Notes under the pieces: model-generated
What the model saw: the letters and a program-made list of their open reading frames with translations, nothing else
Told to the model about the DNA's origin: nothing
Databases searched by the model: none
Program-made: the position numbers and the translations under genes
Part shown: positions 62,856 through 64,000 of the stretch, in pieces
Position numbering within the stretch: the stretch's first letter is position 1
How the letters are laid out: every line of letters begins with the position of its first letter
Origin: Paraspadella gotoi
Taxonomy: Eukaryota; Animalia; Chaetognatha
Assembly (NCBI GenBank): GCA_051294375.1
Contig: CM119263.1
Location: 3,103,573-3,167,572 of the forward strand
Direction: 5' to 3'
Length of the DNA stretch: 64,000 bases

Positions 62856-64000
62856 AATGCTTCGTAACCCGAAAACTAAAGTTAAGAAAGCTAGTCTATG
62901 TATTGTCCAAATGTTATATCTTGTGTTATATGTTGTCCTCAAGGCTGACGCAAGGCTTACCTTTCCGACATGTGAGTGAATCAACTAACGGAGAAAAATT
63001 CTGGAGACTGAAAACGACTGTGAAACTCGAGGTTCAATCAAAGTCCAGCGATAACAAGGGTACAAAGATAAATCCCAAGGATAATTACATTTTGCTTAAA
63101 GAAGCAACACTAGATTTTCGTATTACCCTAGCAACGGAAACTAAGACATCATACGCTATGTCGTAAAGAGGCGTTTGTTTCGGTGTTTGTTTTCCTGACG
63201 AATATTCAGGATGTTTACTTGACAATAATGGCGCTTACTCAAAATCATTTGCCTTTTATTTTTATCTTGTTTGACGGATTGCTGTCGACATCTCTCGTCG
63301 AGAGAGATGAGTTGGGGGAAAATAAATGAACATTTTTATGAAATTGGAATATAAGCTTTTTTTATTATTTCATACTTTCAATTCAAATTAAAACACCATC
63401 TAATTCTAAATATTTAAAACAATCCTATTTGTCCTCTTATAATTTTTTTTCTATATATTTTGATTAAATCGCGTGCTATTGCAATGGCATATATCACTTC
63501 ATAGTTTATTGCAATAAGCGTGTAGTGACGTAATATTATTAATATTATCATTAGCTGAAGTTCGAAGCTCGCACTTTTTGTGTTGGAGATCACATTTTCG
63601 GACGTTGCCGATGTTGTTTTATGTTTGTTTATTTTTTTGTTTTTTTTTCATCAAGATTGTAAGCAGATGGCGCTAAGAATTATGGTAGCACTGAACACAG
63701 CGCCCTCTCGGGGATGTGGGATTGTGGATGTATGAAAAACGAACTTAAGCGTTGAAGAGTTTCTTTTCAAGGACGAAGCAGATCCTTAGGCCCGAGTACA
63801 TAATTATAGAGCAGTCGTTAAACCATATGGAGGAAGGAACGCAATGGCTTTTTTTCTCTCTCTCTCTCTCTCTCTCTTTCTCCCTTTTTCTCTTTCACTC
63901 TCTCTTCTCACTCTTTTTTTTTGTTGTCAAGTGGTTTTCCCTTTCGCAACTTCCCGCTAGCTTTAACCACAGAATTTTCGAGTCTCTCTTTTCAGAACGT

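Overview
Eukaryotic (invertebrate-like metazoan) genomic DNA with spliceosomal introns, assembly gaps and abundant GA/CT microsatellites. Nearly all ORFs in the supplied track are low-complexity artefacts, so genes were rebuilt by hand from GT-AG boundaries and reading-phase continuity. The + strand carries the internal and 3' exons of a small-conductance Ca2+-activated K+ channel (SK/KCNN, 25727-46714). A phase-consistent ~20-exon antisense gene for a low-complexity protein of about 1200 aa or more (24859 to <1) probably lies inside an upstream SK intron. The right end holds four tightly packed minus-strand genes: MFSD1, a divergent single-exon beta-adaptin (AP-4 beta-like), a RabX1/Rab31-like GTPase and GSK3. 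Less obvious elements are: a frameshifted Polinton/Maverick (adintovirus-like) fragment with packaging ATPase and one AGTAG terminus (3371-5838) between two copies of a ~0.9 kb host segment; two copies of a small Penelope-type retroelement, each with a hammerhead-ribozyme core, an inverted head and a 13-bp target-site duplication; a hairpin-rich ~240 nt GC-rich island upstream of GSK3; and possible operon/trans-splicing architecture in the MFSD1-adaptin-Rab cluster.
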